Shown: piece by piece, positions 26,459-35,463 of the stretch
Position numbering within the stretch: the stretch's first letter is position 1
Layout: each line of letters starts with the position of its first letter
From: an uncultured Collinsella sp.
GTDB lineage: Bacteria; Actinomycetota; Coriobacteriia; Coriobacteriales; Coriobacteriaceae
Length of the DNA: 64,000 nucleotides
NCBI GenBank assembly: GCA_958371715.1
Contig: CATXLW010000008.1
Span: 16,678 to 80,677 of the forward strand
Direction of reading: 5' to 3'
Program-made: the position numbers and the translations under genes
Notes under the pieces: generated by a model
What the model saw: only the letters and a program-made list of their open reading frames with translations
Told to the model about the DNA's origin: nothing
Databases searched by the model: none

Positions 26459-26497
26459 TCCGTAGCGCCGGGCGGAGAACACACGGCGCGGCGCCCC

Positions 26498-27802
26498 TTA
26501 ACGCCCCAGCGCGCGCACGGGTATCACGTAGATACCGTCCTCGACCTCGCGAGCGTACTCACCCACCCCCACAATCACGGCCATAAACTCCGGTTCGCGT
26601 GTGCGTGAACGAGGATTTCCACAGACCTTCTTGCGAACGCGCTTGAGGCTCTCAACGCCGGCGCTCGCCTTATCTTCGCTCACCTTAATCTCAAAGGCGG
26701 CCCACCGTCCGTCGGCTAGCTGCACGATAGCATCGCACTCAAGGCCCGAATCGTCGCGATAATAGCGCACGGGCGTGCTATCCAGCAGGTCGAGCGAACG
26801 TGCGTAGACCGAAAGGTCGCGTATGACCAAATTCTCAAACACCAGACCAAATGTCTGCCAGTCGGCAAGCAGCGCCTGCAAGGACATACCTAGCAAGGCG
26901 CAAGCAAGGCTCGGATCTGCCAGATAGCGCTTGGGCTTGACGGTAAAGCGCCGTTTGTCGCGCGCGGCGGGAACCCAACCGGGGACCTCCTCGAGAATGA
27001 ACATGCCTTTGAGGGCATCCAGGTACCTACGCACCTTGGTCTCATCGGCAAACGCTGCAGGCTCCTCCTCGGCACCGAACATATCCATAAGAATCGTTTT
27101 ATACGTGGTCGCCTGTCCCAGATTGCGCGCGATCGATGCGGAGACTCGACGAGCAATATCGGGGTCGAGACCAACCGCCGAGAAGCTGCTCGAAAACGTA
27201 GTGTTGAGATATTCGCGGGCGATGAGCTGGGCGTCAGCCGAAACCATATCGATCGCCTCGGGCCAGCCGCCGCGGCAAGCGGCTTCGACAAGCCCCGGTG
27301 TATCGCCATTGCACCGGCAGGGCTCAAAACGATGCTCAAACAAGCCCGCCAGACTTACCTTGCCGTTGGACTCACCTGTCTCGGCAAGCGTCATGGGGTG
27401 CATGCGGACGCGGCCGATGCGGCCGGCTCCACTATGCGCGGGCGCCTCCGCCTTTGAGCCAAACGCAGGCGTGGCGGAACCCGTGAGGATATAGGCGCCG
27501 CGCGTGCCCCGGGCACGGTCAACCTCGTGTCTAACGTAGTCCCAAATCTGGGGAACGCGCTGCCACTCATCGATAATATGCGGACGGTCTCCCAGCAGCA
27601 TCATCGCCGGATCGGCACGCGCGAGGTCGAGATTCTCGTCGACATACGAGACGGACGCCCCGTGCTCAAGCGCGGCCCACGTCTTGCCGCACCACTTGGT
27701 GCCTGCAATCTCGACCGCCCCAAAGACACGAAGGTAGCGCTCGATTTGCGCATCCACGATACGTGGGATGTATCCGTCCCGATGTAGCCTCTCGCCTGCC
27801 AT
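26498..27802 (-). CDS. AAA+ ATPase of the AAA_14/DUF4143 family
   Basis: 434 aa. N-terminal P-loop region AGTKWCGKTW, the IIDEWQ Walker-B-like motif, and overall similarity by eye to the second copy at 46936-48132. Confidence 0.7.
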   Translation of the reverse strand: MAGERLHRDGYIPRIVDAQIERYLRVFGAVEIAGTKWCGKTWAALEHGASVSYVDENLDLARADPAMMLLGDRPHIIDEWQRVPQIWDYVRHEVDRARGTRGAYILTGSATPAFGSKAEAPAHSGAGRIGRVRMHPMTLAETGESNGKVSLAGLFEHRFEPCRCNGDTPGLVEAACRGGWPEAIDMVSADAQLIAREYLNTTFSSSFSAVGLDPDIARRVSASIARNLGQATTYKTILMDMFGAEEEPAAFADETKVRRYLDALKGMFILEEVPGWVPAARDKRRFTVKPKRYLADPSLACALLGMSLQALLADWQTFGLVFENLVIRDLSVYARSLDLLDSTPVRYYRDDSGLECDAIVQLADGRWAAFEIKVSEDKASAGVESLKRVRKKVCGNPRSRTREPEFMAVIVGVGEYAREVEDGIYVIPVRALGR

Positions 27803-27861
27803 GAGCCACCCCCGCAGATTTCCAGTTCCTGCTTTCTGATTCTTCTATTCCACTGTAGCAA

Positions 27862-27942
27862 ATTCGGATTTTCGGGTGGTTGCGATTCGGATTTTCGTGT
27901 TCATATAATTCGGATTTTCAGGTGCTCAAGATTCGGATTTTC
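27862..27942. repeat. Four direct copies of ATTCGGATTTTC at an exact 23-bp period
   Basis: Copies start at 27862, 27885, 27908 and 27931. The 11-bp spacers all differ. The array lies 60-140 nt upstream of the ATPase start codon. Confidence 0.85.
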
Positions 27943-28035
27943 TGAACCAGCTGGTCAGGGATACTCTATTGGCAAAAAGGCGGGGAGCACCGATACGGCA
28001 CTCCCCGCCCACTCAATACGCGATAGCTTTCTTGC

Positions 28036-30072
28036 TTAGAGCTCGTTGGCCGCGTGATACGCCGTGCGAATGGCGCTCGCGATGTCGGCGGTGCGCTCGC
28101 CCGAGCAGTCGCCCACGCAGGTCACGGGCACCGTCACGCCGTCCAGGTCAAACGCGTTGGCCTTGGAGCCCACGGCCATCACCACGTAATCGCAGGCGAT
28201 CTTCACCGGCTCCTCGGCGCCGTCCTCGGTGGTGCGAACGGCCTCCACGCCCTCATCGGTAATGGCAGTCAGACGGGTCTTAACATGCTGCTCAACGCCA
28301 TGCTCGGCAAAGTCGCTCATAATCAGCGGCAGGATGGTCTCGGACTCGCCTGCGGCAATCTTGTCGAGCATCTCGACGATCGCCACCTCGCAGCCGTGCT
28401 GCAGCAGGTACTCGGCAGTCTCGGTGCCCACCAGGCCGCCGCCGATAACGGCAACGCGACCGCTGAGCTCCGCCTTGCCGGCCAGCACATCCCAGCTCGA
28501 GACGACCTTCTCCGAATCGGCACCGGGCACGGGAATGACCACGTCGTGCGCGCCCACGGCCACAATCGCGGCGTCGGCGGCGTTGAGGTCCGCGGGGCTA
28601 GCGGTGTGGTTGAGCTCAACCTTCACGCCCAGGCCGGGCAGAATCTTCTCGTAGTACTCGACCGAGCGCATGATCTCGTCCTTGCGCGGAGGCGCAGCCG
28701 CCAGCACAATCTGGCCGCCCAGATGGTCGCTCGCCTCGTAGACGGTCACGTCGTAGCCGCGCTTGGCCGCCACACGCGCGGCCTCCAAGCCGGCGATACC
28801 GCCGCCCACCACGGCGATCTTCTTGTCACCCTCGCCCGGCTTAATGGCGACGGTCGCCTCGTCGCCGTTCTCGGCATTGAGCACGCACGAGATGTACTGG
28901 CGGTTTTGGATCGCGTCGACGCAGCCCTTGTTGCAGTTGAGGCACTCGCGGATGGGCTCACCCGTGGCGGCCTTGAGCGCAATGTCGGGGTCGCACATGA
29001 GCGAGCGGCCGTACGCGACGATGTCGGCCGAACCGTCTTCCAGGATCTTCTCGCCCGCCTCGACCGAGACAACGCGGCCGACGGTTGCCACCGGCACGGA
29101 GACCAGGGCCTTGACGCGCTCGGCCACGGGCAGCGTCCAGTTGTAGGGCATGGCGCCCATGGGCGGAATGGTGTCGCCCATGTTGCCGGTGTGGTTTGCC
29201 TGCGCCACCTGGATCATATCGATGCCGGCGCCCTCGAGCAGCTTGGCGAACTCGCAGGCCTCGTCGGGCTGCAGGCCGCCCTTGCCGCGCGGTGTGCCGT
29301 CGGGGTTCTCCATGATCACGGGGAGCTTGTACTCCACCATCAGCTGCGGTGCGGCTTCCTTAATGGCGGCGACGACCTCCAGCGCATAACGGACGCGGTT
29401 CTCGAACGAGCCGCCGTACTCGTCGGTGCGCTGGTTGAGGATGGCCGAGCACAGCGAACCCACCAGACGGTCGCCGTGGACCTCGATGGCGTCGATGCCA
29501 GCCTGCTGCGCGCGGGCGGCCGAGGCGGCGATAGCCTCCTTGATCTGGGTGAGCTGCTCCACGGTGGCCTCGTTCACAAAGTGCTGCATGTCGTGGTGCA
29601 GTTTGGCGTAGGCCTGCTTGCGAATCTCGTTGGACTCGGCCATCTTGGCGGCAAAGGTCTCCTCGTCGCCGGCGGCCTTGGCCTCCTGCGCAGCTTTCGC
29701 AGCGGCCATGGAACCCATGACCATGCGGCCGACGCCGGGGACGTCGTACTCGGGGTGGAACAGCTGCAGGGCGATCTTGGCGCCGTGCTTGTGGACGGCG
29801 TCGGCCAGCGCCTTAAACGTGGGGATCTGAGCGTCGGTCGCCAGCTTGGGCGTGGGGCTTGCGGTCATGACGGGAGCGACGTCGCCGATGACGATGTAGC
29901 TCACGCCGCCACGGGCCAGGCGCTCGTAAAAGGCCAGGCTGCGCTCGCCGATGGAACCGTCGCGCTCCTCGTAGCCGGTGGTAAGCGGCGGGAACATAAT
30001 GCGGTTTTTGAGCTCAAGGGGGCCAACCGTAATGGGTTGAAGCAGCTTGGACGCAGGTGTGGTCATGGACAT
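28036..30072 (-). CDS. Two-domain flavoenzyme: OYE-like FMN oxidoreductase + FAD/NAD(P)-binding domain (2,4-dienoyl-CoA/enoate reductase family)
   Basis: N-terminal KNRIMFPPLTTGY, then TDEYGGSFENRVRY. Central 4Fe-4S-type CLNCNKGC. C-terminal Rossmann motifs VVGGGIAGLEAA and VIGGGLVGTE. Confidence 0.8.
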   Translation of the reverse strand: MSMTTPASKLLQPITVGPLELKNRIMFPPLTTGYEERDGSIGERSLAFYERLARGGVSYIVIGDVAPVMTASPTPKLATDAQIPTFKALADAVHKHGAKIALQLFHPEYDVPGVGRMVMGSMAAAKAAQEAKAAGDEETFAAKMAESNEIRKQAYAKLHHDMQHFVNEATVEQLTQIKEAIAASAARAQQAGIDAIEVHGDRLVGSLCSAILNQRTDEYGGSFENRVRYALEVVAAIKEAAPQLMVEYKLPVIMENPDGTPRGKGGLQPDEACEFAKLLEGAGIDMIQVAQANHTGNMGDTIPPMGAMPYNWTLPVAERVKALVSVPVATVGRVVSVEAGEKILEDGSADIVAYGRSLMCDPDIALKAATGEPIRECLNCNKGCVDAIQNRQYISCVLNAENGDEATVAIKPGEGDKKIAVVGGGIAGLEAARVAAKRGYDVTVYEASDHLGGQIVLAAAPPRKDEIMRSVEYYEKILPGLGVKVELNHTASPADLNAADAAIVAVGAHDVVIPVPGADSEKVVSSWDVLAGKAELSGRVAVIGGGLVGTETAEYLLQHGCEVAIVEMLDKIAAGESETILPLIMSDFAEHGVEQHVKTRLTAITDEGVEAVRTTEDGAEEPVKIACDYVVMAVGSKANAFDLDGVTVPVTCVGDCSGERTADIASAIRTAYHAANEL

Positions 30073-30200
30073 TCCTCTCTTGTAGGCGCGGCGGCGATGA
30101 TGCCGCGTAGTTGTCTAGAGGATATGGCATGGGGGCACAGCGGCACAACGGAAATCGGCGAATATCAGGTGGCGGCAGGTGGATGGGGTGGGCCTGGCCG

Positions 30201-30425
30201 CGGGTTTGTCTCGATCTGTAACAATTACAGGCCAAAAACGACCCTAGAAGGTACAGATCGAGACAAACGGGACCCGCCTGCTAGAAAATCTCAATCTATA
30301 ACAACAACTCGGCGAAATCCGTCCCTCGTGTTATAGATTTAGACAAACGGGACCCAATCCACCGGTATATCTCGATCTGTAACATCTAGCCGCCCAAATC
30401 GGGTCTAGATGTTACAGATCGAGAT
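30201..30425. repeat. Three consecutive hairpin repeats built on TCTCGATCTGTAACA / TGTTACAGATCGAGA (two followed by CAAACGGGACCC)
   Basis: Units at about 30201-30275, 30289-30355 and 30368-30425, immediately outside the left end of the integrated element. Confidence 0.7.
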
Positions 30426-30511
30426 CTTTGATTGAGAGGTTGGGAATTGGACCGAAAACACGGTCCCGGAATAACAAAAAAGCTCGCCGGCTAGACCGAC
30501 GAGCTGCAAGT

Positions 30512-30559
30512 TCTTGGTCGCGGGGGCAGGATTTGAACCTACGACCTCCGGGTTATGAG
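30512..30559. repeat. att site (partial tRNA-fMet 3' copy), integrase-proximal
   Basis: TCTTGGTCGCGGGGGCAGGATTTGAACCTACGACCTCCGGGTTATGAG, identical to 45781-45828. The two copies diverge immediately after GTTATGAG. Confidence 0.9.
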
Positions 30560-30665
30560 ACCGGAATATCGATGTTTATCGACACTTTTTGAAGCTCTTT
30601 GATACCGTTATATATGCAGGTAGATTAACATATTTTGATAAAATGCTTGAATCAATGCCGTGCCA

Positions 30666-30687
30666 ATTTCGACCAAAATTCGACCAA
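30666..30687 (+). promoter_or_regulatory. Candidate arm-type recombinase binding site (TTCGACCAA x2)
   Basis: ATTTCGACCAAAATTCGACCAA recurs identically and in the same orientation at 45701-45722. Both copies lie inside the element, 107 and 58 bp from the att cores. Confidence 0.5.
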
Positions 30688-30706
30688 CGATTGCTTGACT
30701 TCAGCA

Positions 30707-30795
30707 GTTGCATCGCATACGCTCGGAGCAGCGCACACGCGGCACCGCCGCAAGCGGTCGCGCGTGCGTGCTGCTCCGAGCGTATGCGATGCAAC
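30707..30795. promoter_or_regulatory. Long palindrome (35-bp arms, first 26 bp perfect) just upstream of int
   Basis: GTTGCATCGCATACGCTCGGAGCAGCGCACACGCG ... CGCGTGCGTGCTGCTCCGAGCGTATGCGATGCAAC, ending 41 nt before the integrase ATG. Confidence 0.6.
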
Positions 30796-30836
30796 ATCGG
30801 AACTCGACACCGCCCACTTTGCAGAATCTAGGCATC

Positions 30837-32120
30837 ATGGATAGACCACTTGTCATCGGAAAAGGCAGCACCGTCAAAAGCAAAACCCAAAAGGGCGTTT
30901 TCTACATTCGCCATAACATGGGCAAAGACCCCGTTACGGGCAAATACGCATACTCCCCGAGGCGCAAGGTCTACGCCAGGAACAAGTCAGAGCTACGCGC
31001 TGCCCTCGAGGCGTATAAAGCCGAGCTGAATGAGGGGGTCGTTGTCAAAAAATCCTCCCAGACCGTCGGAGAATATGCCCAGCTATTTCACGACACTCGG
31101 AAAAACGAGCTGAGTCCCCTCAGCTACGATCGAGAGCAGCTCGAAATCAACGAAATCAAAGAGTTGTTCGGAAACTACCCCATAAGAGACCTTCGCGCGC
31201 CCGTCATCAAACAGGCATACGTCGACGTCCGCAAGACCGCGCGCTTCTCTGAATCCGAGCTGCACAAAATCCACGTCAAGCTGAAACAAATCATGAAGGC
31301 GGCCCTTGTCGACGAGTTGATACTCAAAAACCCATGCGACGCAATATCAGTTCCGCGGCCGCAGGGAGCCGAGAGGCAGTCCCTGCGCCTCAATGAGGCG
31401 AAAAAGCTGCTTGAAACCCTGCTGTCACAGGAAATGGACGCGCACAGAATCGGAATGCTCCTCCTGCTCGACACAGGCATGCGACGAGGCGAGCTACTCG
31501 GCCTCTCCTGGTCCAACGTTCATCTCGACGACGGCTACATTTTTGTCGGCGAGCAGTTCGCGGCAGACAAGAACCCTCGTGCCCCCAAGAGCGCCAAGGG
31601 GCTCAGGTCGATTTCCCTGAGTCCCTTCATGAACGATAGGCTGTCCGCATGGAAGATGCTTCAGGGCACACTGCTCTCCGAGGTCGGGCTGGAACAGGAC
31701 TCGTCCACCCCGGTTGTCCATGCCCTGCGGGACGCGCGCAAAAAAGGAAGGGCGACGATGAAGAGCGAGCGCCGGAAATGCAACCCCATCGAAATCGTCC
31801 ATATGGACCCCAACAACTTCGGCCGCTGGTTCCGCGAATGGTCTTCCGACTACGGCTTCGGCGAGTTTACGGAAATCACCCACTACGTTGAACGAGATGG
31901 TGTGCGGTACGCAAGGGGGAAGGGGTACACGGGCCTAACTCCGCACATCCTCCGTCATACCCAGGCAACGCTGCTCATTGGCGAGAACGTCGACATCAAA
32001 ACCGTCAGCAGTCGTCTCGGACACAGCACCGTAAAGCTCACGCTCGACACTTACTCGCACGCAATTGCCGCCAAGGACAAGGCGGCTGCCGACACTATCG
32101 GCAGCCTGCTCTCCCATTAA
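30837..32120 (+). CDS. int: Tyrosine recombinase / phage-type integrase
   Basis: Catalytic-region motifs LLLDTGMRRGELLGL, HILRHTQATLL and LGHSTVKLTLDTYSH. The ORF track start at 30708 would run through the palindrome, so I chose the MDRPLVIGKG start at 30837. Confidence 0.9.
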   Translation: MDRPLVIGKGSTVKSKTQKGVFYIRHNMGKDPVTGKYAYSPRRKVYARNKSELRAALEAYKAELNEGVVVKKSSQTVGEYAQLFHDTRKNELSPLSYDREQLEINEIKELFGNYPIRDLRAPVIKQAYVDVRKTARFSESELHKIHVKLKQIMKAALVDELILKNPCDAISVPRPQGAERQSLRLNEAKKLLETLLSQEMDAHRIGMLLLLDTGMRRGELLGLSWSNVHLDDGYIFVGEQFAADKNPRAPKSAKGLRSISLSPFMNDRLSAWKMLQGTLLSEVGLEQDSSTPVVHALRDARKKGRATMKSERRKCNPIEIVHMDPNNFGRWFREWSSDYGFGEFTEITHYVERDGVRYARGKGYTGLTPHILRHTQATLLIGENVDIKTVSSRLGHSTVKLTLDTYSHAIAAKDKAAADTIGSLLSH

Positions 32121-32132
32121 CAAGATGACGAC

Positions 32133-33347
32133 CTACATCAAATCCCGTGGCAGCTCCTTGCCAATCGCGCGTCTGTACTGACGCGCCGACTTTTCGGCAT
32201 CCTTACACCCAACGCTGCAATACTTCTTCATCCTGCCCCTACGCGTCGTAAAGACCTTTCCACAGTGAGGGCATCTCCTAAGGTCGTCCTCCGGATACCA
32301 CTCTCCGAGCTCATACCAAAGCCACTCGAACACGCTCGTAAACGTTGGGGCAAACTTGAGCCCGGTCCCACCGTTCTTTTCGATCGGAATCCATCCGAGA
32401 CTCGAGCGGGCAGTGAAGAACACCACCAGCGTCTGTAGAAGTTCGGACGCAACCCGCTGGTCGAGGTTTAGTCCGTCTCCGTCGCCAACCCCCGAATCGT
32501 GCCCAATCCTCCCGTCCATCCTCTGGTAAACCATGCCACCGGGCAGGCTCACGCAGGGGTAGCAGATTTCACGTCCGGCGTCCGAAACAATTCGCGCGCC
32601 GGTGCGTAGCCCCCCGAGGGCCGAAATGATGCAGCCGAGCGCCGGCACATGTTCCGCGTCGCCCCTTCGGCCGACACGCCACGACGCCACCTCCGACCCA
32701 TCGATTTGCCTGACGTTATCGAGCGGGAGGTACTCTTCGCCAAATGGATATGCAATAAGCTCCGGAGCGATGAGACTCATCAACGCATCACTTCCAGCTG
32801 GCACGCGGAGGGGGATTAAGACGACTAGCGATTCACACCCATAATAAGAGTTCTTGACAGTGAAGGCTTCCGCCAGCCCCAGCCCGAGTCCAATGTCTCG
32901 CGCACGTCCAAACTCAACGTCCCGAAGCCTAATGGCGTAATTAAACAATGTTGCCGCCCAATACCACAAAGACAACGGCTCTCTAATTTCCGATCCGCCG
33001 TCTTTGCCCACTCCGAACAACGGACCTACAGAGTGGGCGACGGACAGAACAGCGTCGCGGTCCTCTCTCACCGGCTCGAGCGGTCGGGCGGCAGGAGACA
33101 GGATTGACAGCATCTCGAACGAATCTTTGAATCCCATGGGCGATTCCCCGACTGTAGATCTGGGGCATTCATAAGGAAAGCGGACGAGATTGGCGATATC
33201 AACGAAAGTAGAGCCGTCCTCGTAGGCCGCGCGACAGCCCGCACCAACGGACCCAGAAGCCGTGAAGACGAGCTCGTCCCCGTCCAGCCGAACGTCATCG
33301 AAGCCCAGTGCCCTTCCCATCATCAAATCAAGACCAAAAGTCGGCAT
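32133..33347 (-). CDS. Hypothetical 404-aa protein with a C-terminal zinc-ribbon (CPHCGK...CSVGC)
   Basis: Long ORF convergent with int, 13-nt gap. No TM segment and no family recognised. Cys4 motif RCPHCGKVFTTRRGRMKKYCSVGCKDAEK. Confidence 0.55.
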   Translation of the reverse strand: MPTFGLDLMMGRALGFDDVRLDGDELVFTASGSVGAGCRAAYEDGSTFVDIANLVRFPYECPRSTVGESPMGFKDSFEMLSILSPAARPLEPVREDRDAVLSVAHSVGPLFGVGKDGGSEIREPLSLWYWAATLFNYAIRLRDVEFGRARDIGLGLGLAEAFTVKNSYYGCESLVVLIPLRVPAGSDALMSLIAPELIAYPFGEEYLPLDNVRQIDGSEVASWRVGRRGDAEHVPALGCIISALGGLRTGARIVSDAGREICYPCVSLPGGMVYQRMDGRIGHDSGVGDGDGLNLDQRVASELLQTLVVFFTARSSLGWIPIEKNGGTGLKFAPTFTSVFEWLWYELGEWYPEDDLRRCPHCGKVFTTRRGRMKKYCSVGCKDAEKSARQYRRAIGKELPRDLM

Positions 33348-33535
33348 AAGGGAGCATCACCATCCTCTATCCGCAATCCACTTTCACGATCTCTCCATTG
33401 AAATAGACGTCGGTCCACGGATTTTAACCTATTTTACCTGCGGATTTTATTATCCCCTTTCTATACCTTTTTGGGTATTTTTAATAGCGCCATATTTGAA
33501 CCATCGAAGGCGACAAACGTACGCCTGGGCACCGA

Positions 33536-33760
33536 TTGGAGGCATTTATGGCCGATGACAGCACTATTGAGGCGCAGTCCGGAAAGATCCTGACGCGCGA
33601 TGACGTCGCGGAAAAGCTGCATCTCACGGCGGACACCGCCGGGCAGCTAATCGCTCGCACGGGTAAGGGAATTTACCTGTGCAGACGCACATACATATTC
33701 GAACGAGACCTTGATTCCTTCTTAAGCTCCCTCCGAGGCGGAAGCAGCGAGGAAAAATGA
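33536..33760 (+). CDS. xis: Excisionase-like small HTH protein
   Basis: 74 aa. LTRDDVAEKLHLTADTAGQLIARTGKG...FERDLDSFL resembles MerR/HTH_17-type excisionases. It is the first gene of the operon divergent from 32133-33347. Confidence 0.6.
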   Translation: MEAFMADDSTIEAQSGKILTRDDVAEKLHLTADTAGQLIARTGKGIYLCRRTYIFERDLDSFLSSLRGGSSEEK

Positions 33761-34389
33761 TCGATTACGAGGGCCTACCCGCCCCGAAGGAGTACTACGA
33801 CGGCATCGGCACCGTCATCACCCCAGAGACGTGGTTCGAAATCTCGGGCATAGAGTACGCTCCGGCTCGCATGCCACGGCGGACGCCCGCCGCTTTGGCG
33901 AAGGCCGCCGAAGAAGCATTTCGCACTAAACGCAAGGATGCGAGAAAAAACGATATGCAGCGGCTTGAAAAAGGGGCCTGGATCTGGGTGGCTCAGGCGA
34001 GTGGCGAGGCTGCAGCAGTGCAAGCCGTAGCGATTGCGATGTCATCCTTAAGTGAGGCCGCATATACAGACACCGGGGAGTTGACGGCGTCGCTTGCCAG
34101 CGAAAAACCTCTCTCCGCCCATACGGGATCGCAGCTGATCGATTCCCTCTGCAGTTCGCCGACGCTCGTAGTCGCCGGAGTGGGCGACAGCCACCTGCCA
34201 GAAGAAGCCGACGCACTCCTCGAGCTGATGGAAAAACGTTGGCGGCAGAAGCGCGCAACCATATTCGCCTCCGCGTACACAGGAAAGACCATTTCACGAG
34301 CGTTGGTCAGGTCCGGCGCGAACACGGAACGCACGAGAGAACTCGTAGACCTGGTATCGAAGGCAATTCGGTCGGGGAGGCAGTCATGA
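33757..34389 (+). CDS. Hypothetical protein; C-terminal segment faintly DnaC/IstB-like but without a P-loop
   Basis: ATGA overlap with xis. PTLVVAGVGDSHLPEEADALLELMEKRWRQKRATIFASAYTGKTI resembles the Walker-B/sensor region of helicase loaders. No GxxGxGK[ST] seen. Confidence 0.5.
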   Translation: MIDYEGLPAPKEYYDGIGTVITPETWFEISGIEYAPARMPRRTPAALAKAAEEAFRTKRKDARKNDMQRLEKGAWIWVAQASGEAAAVQAVAIAMSSLSEAAYTDTGELTASLASEKPLSAHTGSQLIDSLCSSPTLVVAGVGDSHLPEEADALLELMEKRWRQKRATIFASAYTGKTISRALVRSGANTERTRELVDLVSKAIRSGRQS

Positions 34390-34925
34390 TCGGATGCGGG
34401 GCGAGGGCACCCCCGACGATAGCAAAAACACTGTCAGATCTCTTATTCGAAAGGAGCCTTATGGAATCAGGAGAAGCCGACGGCCCGGCCGCATGCAGCA
34501 GCCCCGCTGTTTTCGAAGCCGGCAACGGGAGATATACGCTCGACCTCGACGACGAAGTCGAGATTCTCAACCCTTCCGATGCAGAAACCGCCGACACTGT
34601 TGAAGTCCTGCGATTCAGGCACGAAATCGAGGGGGTGCCACGTACCTTCGTTATCTATGTCGCCGAGAACGAGCCGACAGAGGCGATTGACCAGCTCTCC
34701 GTCATCGACGATCGCTACGGCATCCCCGACGAGGAGCTCGTCAAGATAGCTGCGCGTGCCTACGTCGTCCACGGGAACGGGCCGGCGCACGACAACTTCG
34801 TGAAACGCTTTTCGGCAAGGATCGAGGCGCAGTGCCAAGAACTCGGAGCATTCCCCGCAGTTCCGGCGGACCTCGCCAGCGAAGACCCCGAACTCGCCTT
34901 CAGGGTCAAGCACACCCAACCTTAA
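34386..34925 (+). CDS. Hypothetical protein, paralogue of 34979-35419
   Basis: ATGA overlap with the previous gene (the ORF track start at 34239 is in-frame read-through). It shares GVPRTFVI...YGIPDEELVKIAARAYV with the next gene. Confidence 0.5.
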   Translation: MIGCGARAPPTIAKTLSDLLFERSLMESGEADGPAACSSPAVFEAGNGRYTLDLDDEVEILNPSDAETADTVEVLRFRHEIEGVPRTFVIYVAENEPTEAIDQLSVIDDRYGIPDEELVKIAARAYVVHGNGPAHDNFVKRFSARIEAQCQELGAFPAVPADLASEDPELAFRVKHTQP

Positions 34926-34978
34926 ACCAAGGTTCCGGCGACCAAACCAGCCAGCACCACTCACAGAGAGGAACCACA

Positions 34979-35419
34979 ATGGTCGGACTCAATCAAACTG
35001 ACGGCAGCATCAGGTACGGCAACGTGACCTACTATGTCCCAAGCGGTTCCGAGCCCTTGCTCCAGGACGATTTCGTCGTTGCCCGTCCCGCAATTGTGCA
35101 ACTCAAGTACCCCGTCAAGGGCATCCCGAGGAATTTCATCGTCCCTCAGAGTGCCGTCGACGACCTCAGCGCGCATCGCCCAAAAATTGTTGTGGAAATC
35201 ATCAGGCGCTGGGGCGATATTCCCAAGGGCGAGCTTGCGCGAATTGTGCTCGGAGCAAACATGAGCCGCAACAAATACAGCGTCGGAGAGATTGACGAGA
35301 TCGCAGAGCTAGTTGACTTCGACGCCCTCCAGATTAAAAACTCGCTCTTCGCATACACGCCTTTGCCGGCTTCCGAGGCACCAAAAGGCTATCCGATTAC
35401 GTTCACGGTAGATGAGTAG
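34979..35419 (+). CDS. Hypothetical protein, paralogue of 34386-34925
   Basis: AGAGAGGAA RBS before the ATG at 34979. GIPRNFIV...WGDIPKGELARIVLGANM parallels the preceding gene. Confidence 0.55.
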   Translation: MVGLNQTDGSIRYGNVTYYVPSGSEPLLQDDFVVARPAIVQLKYPVKGIPRNFIVPQSAVDDLSAHRPKIVVEIIRRWGDIPKGELARIVLGANMSRNKYSVGEIDEIAELVDFDALQIKNSLFAYTPLPASEAPKGYPITFTVDE

Positions 35420-35425
35420 ACACCG

Positions 35426-35453
35426 CAGGGGGCCAAACGGCCCCCTGTTTTAT
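35426..35453 (+). terminator. Rho-independent terminator
   Basis: CAGGGGGCC-AAAC-GGCCCCCTG followed by TTTTAT, 7 nt after the stop at 35419. Confidence 0.7.
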
Positions 35454-35463
35454 GAGGATACCT

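Noticed and set aside
27862-27942. Possible mini-CRISPR array
   Set aside because: The repeats are only 12 bp with 11-bp spacers and four units, and there are no cas genes in the window. The geometry fits protein-binding iterons, not CRISPR.
28054-30336. 760-aa ORF on the + strand
   Set aside because: It is antisense to the OYE-family flavoenzyme gene. The composition is low-complexity Gly/Ala/Arg/His and there is no RBS context.
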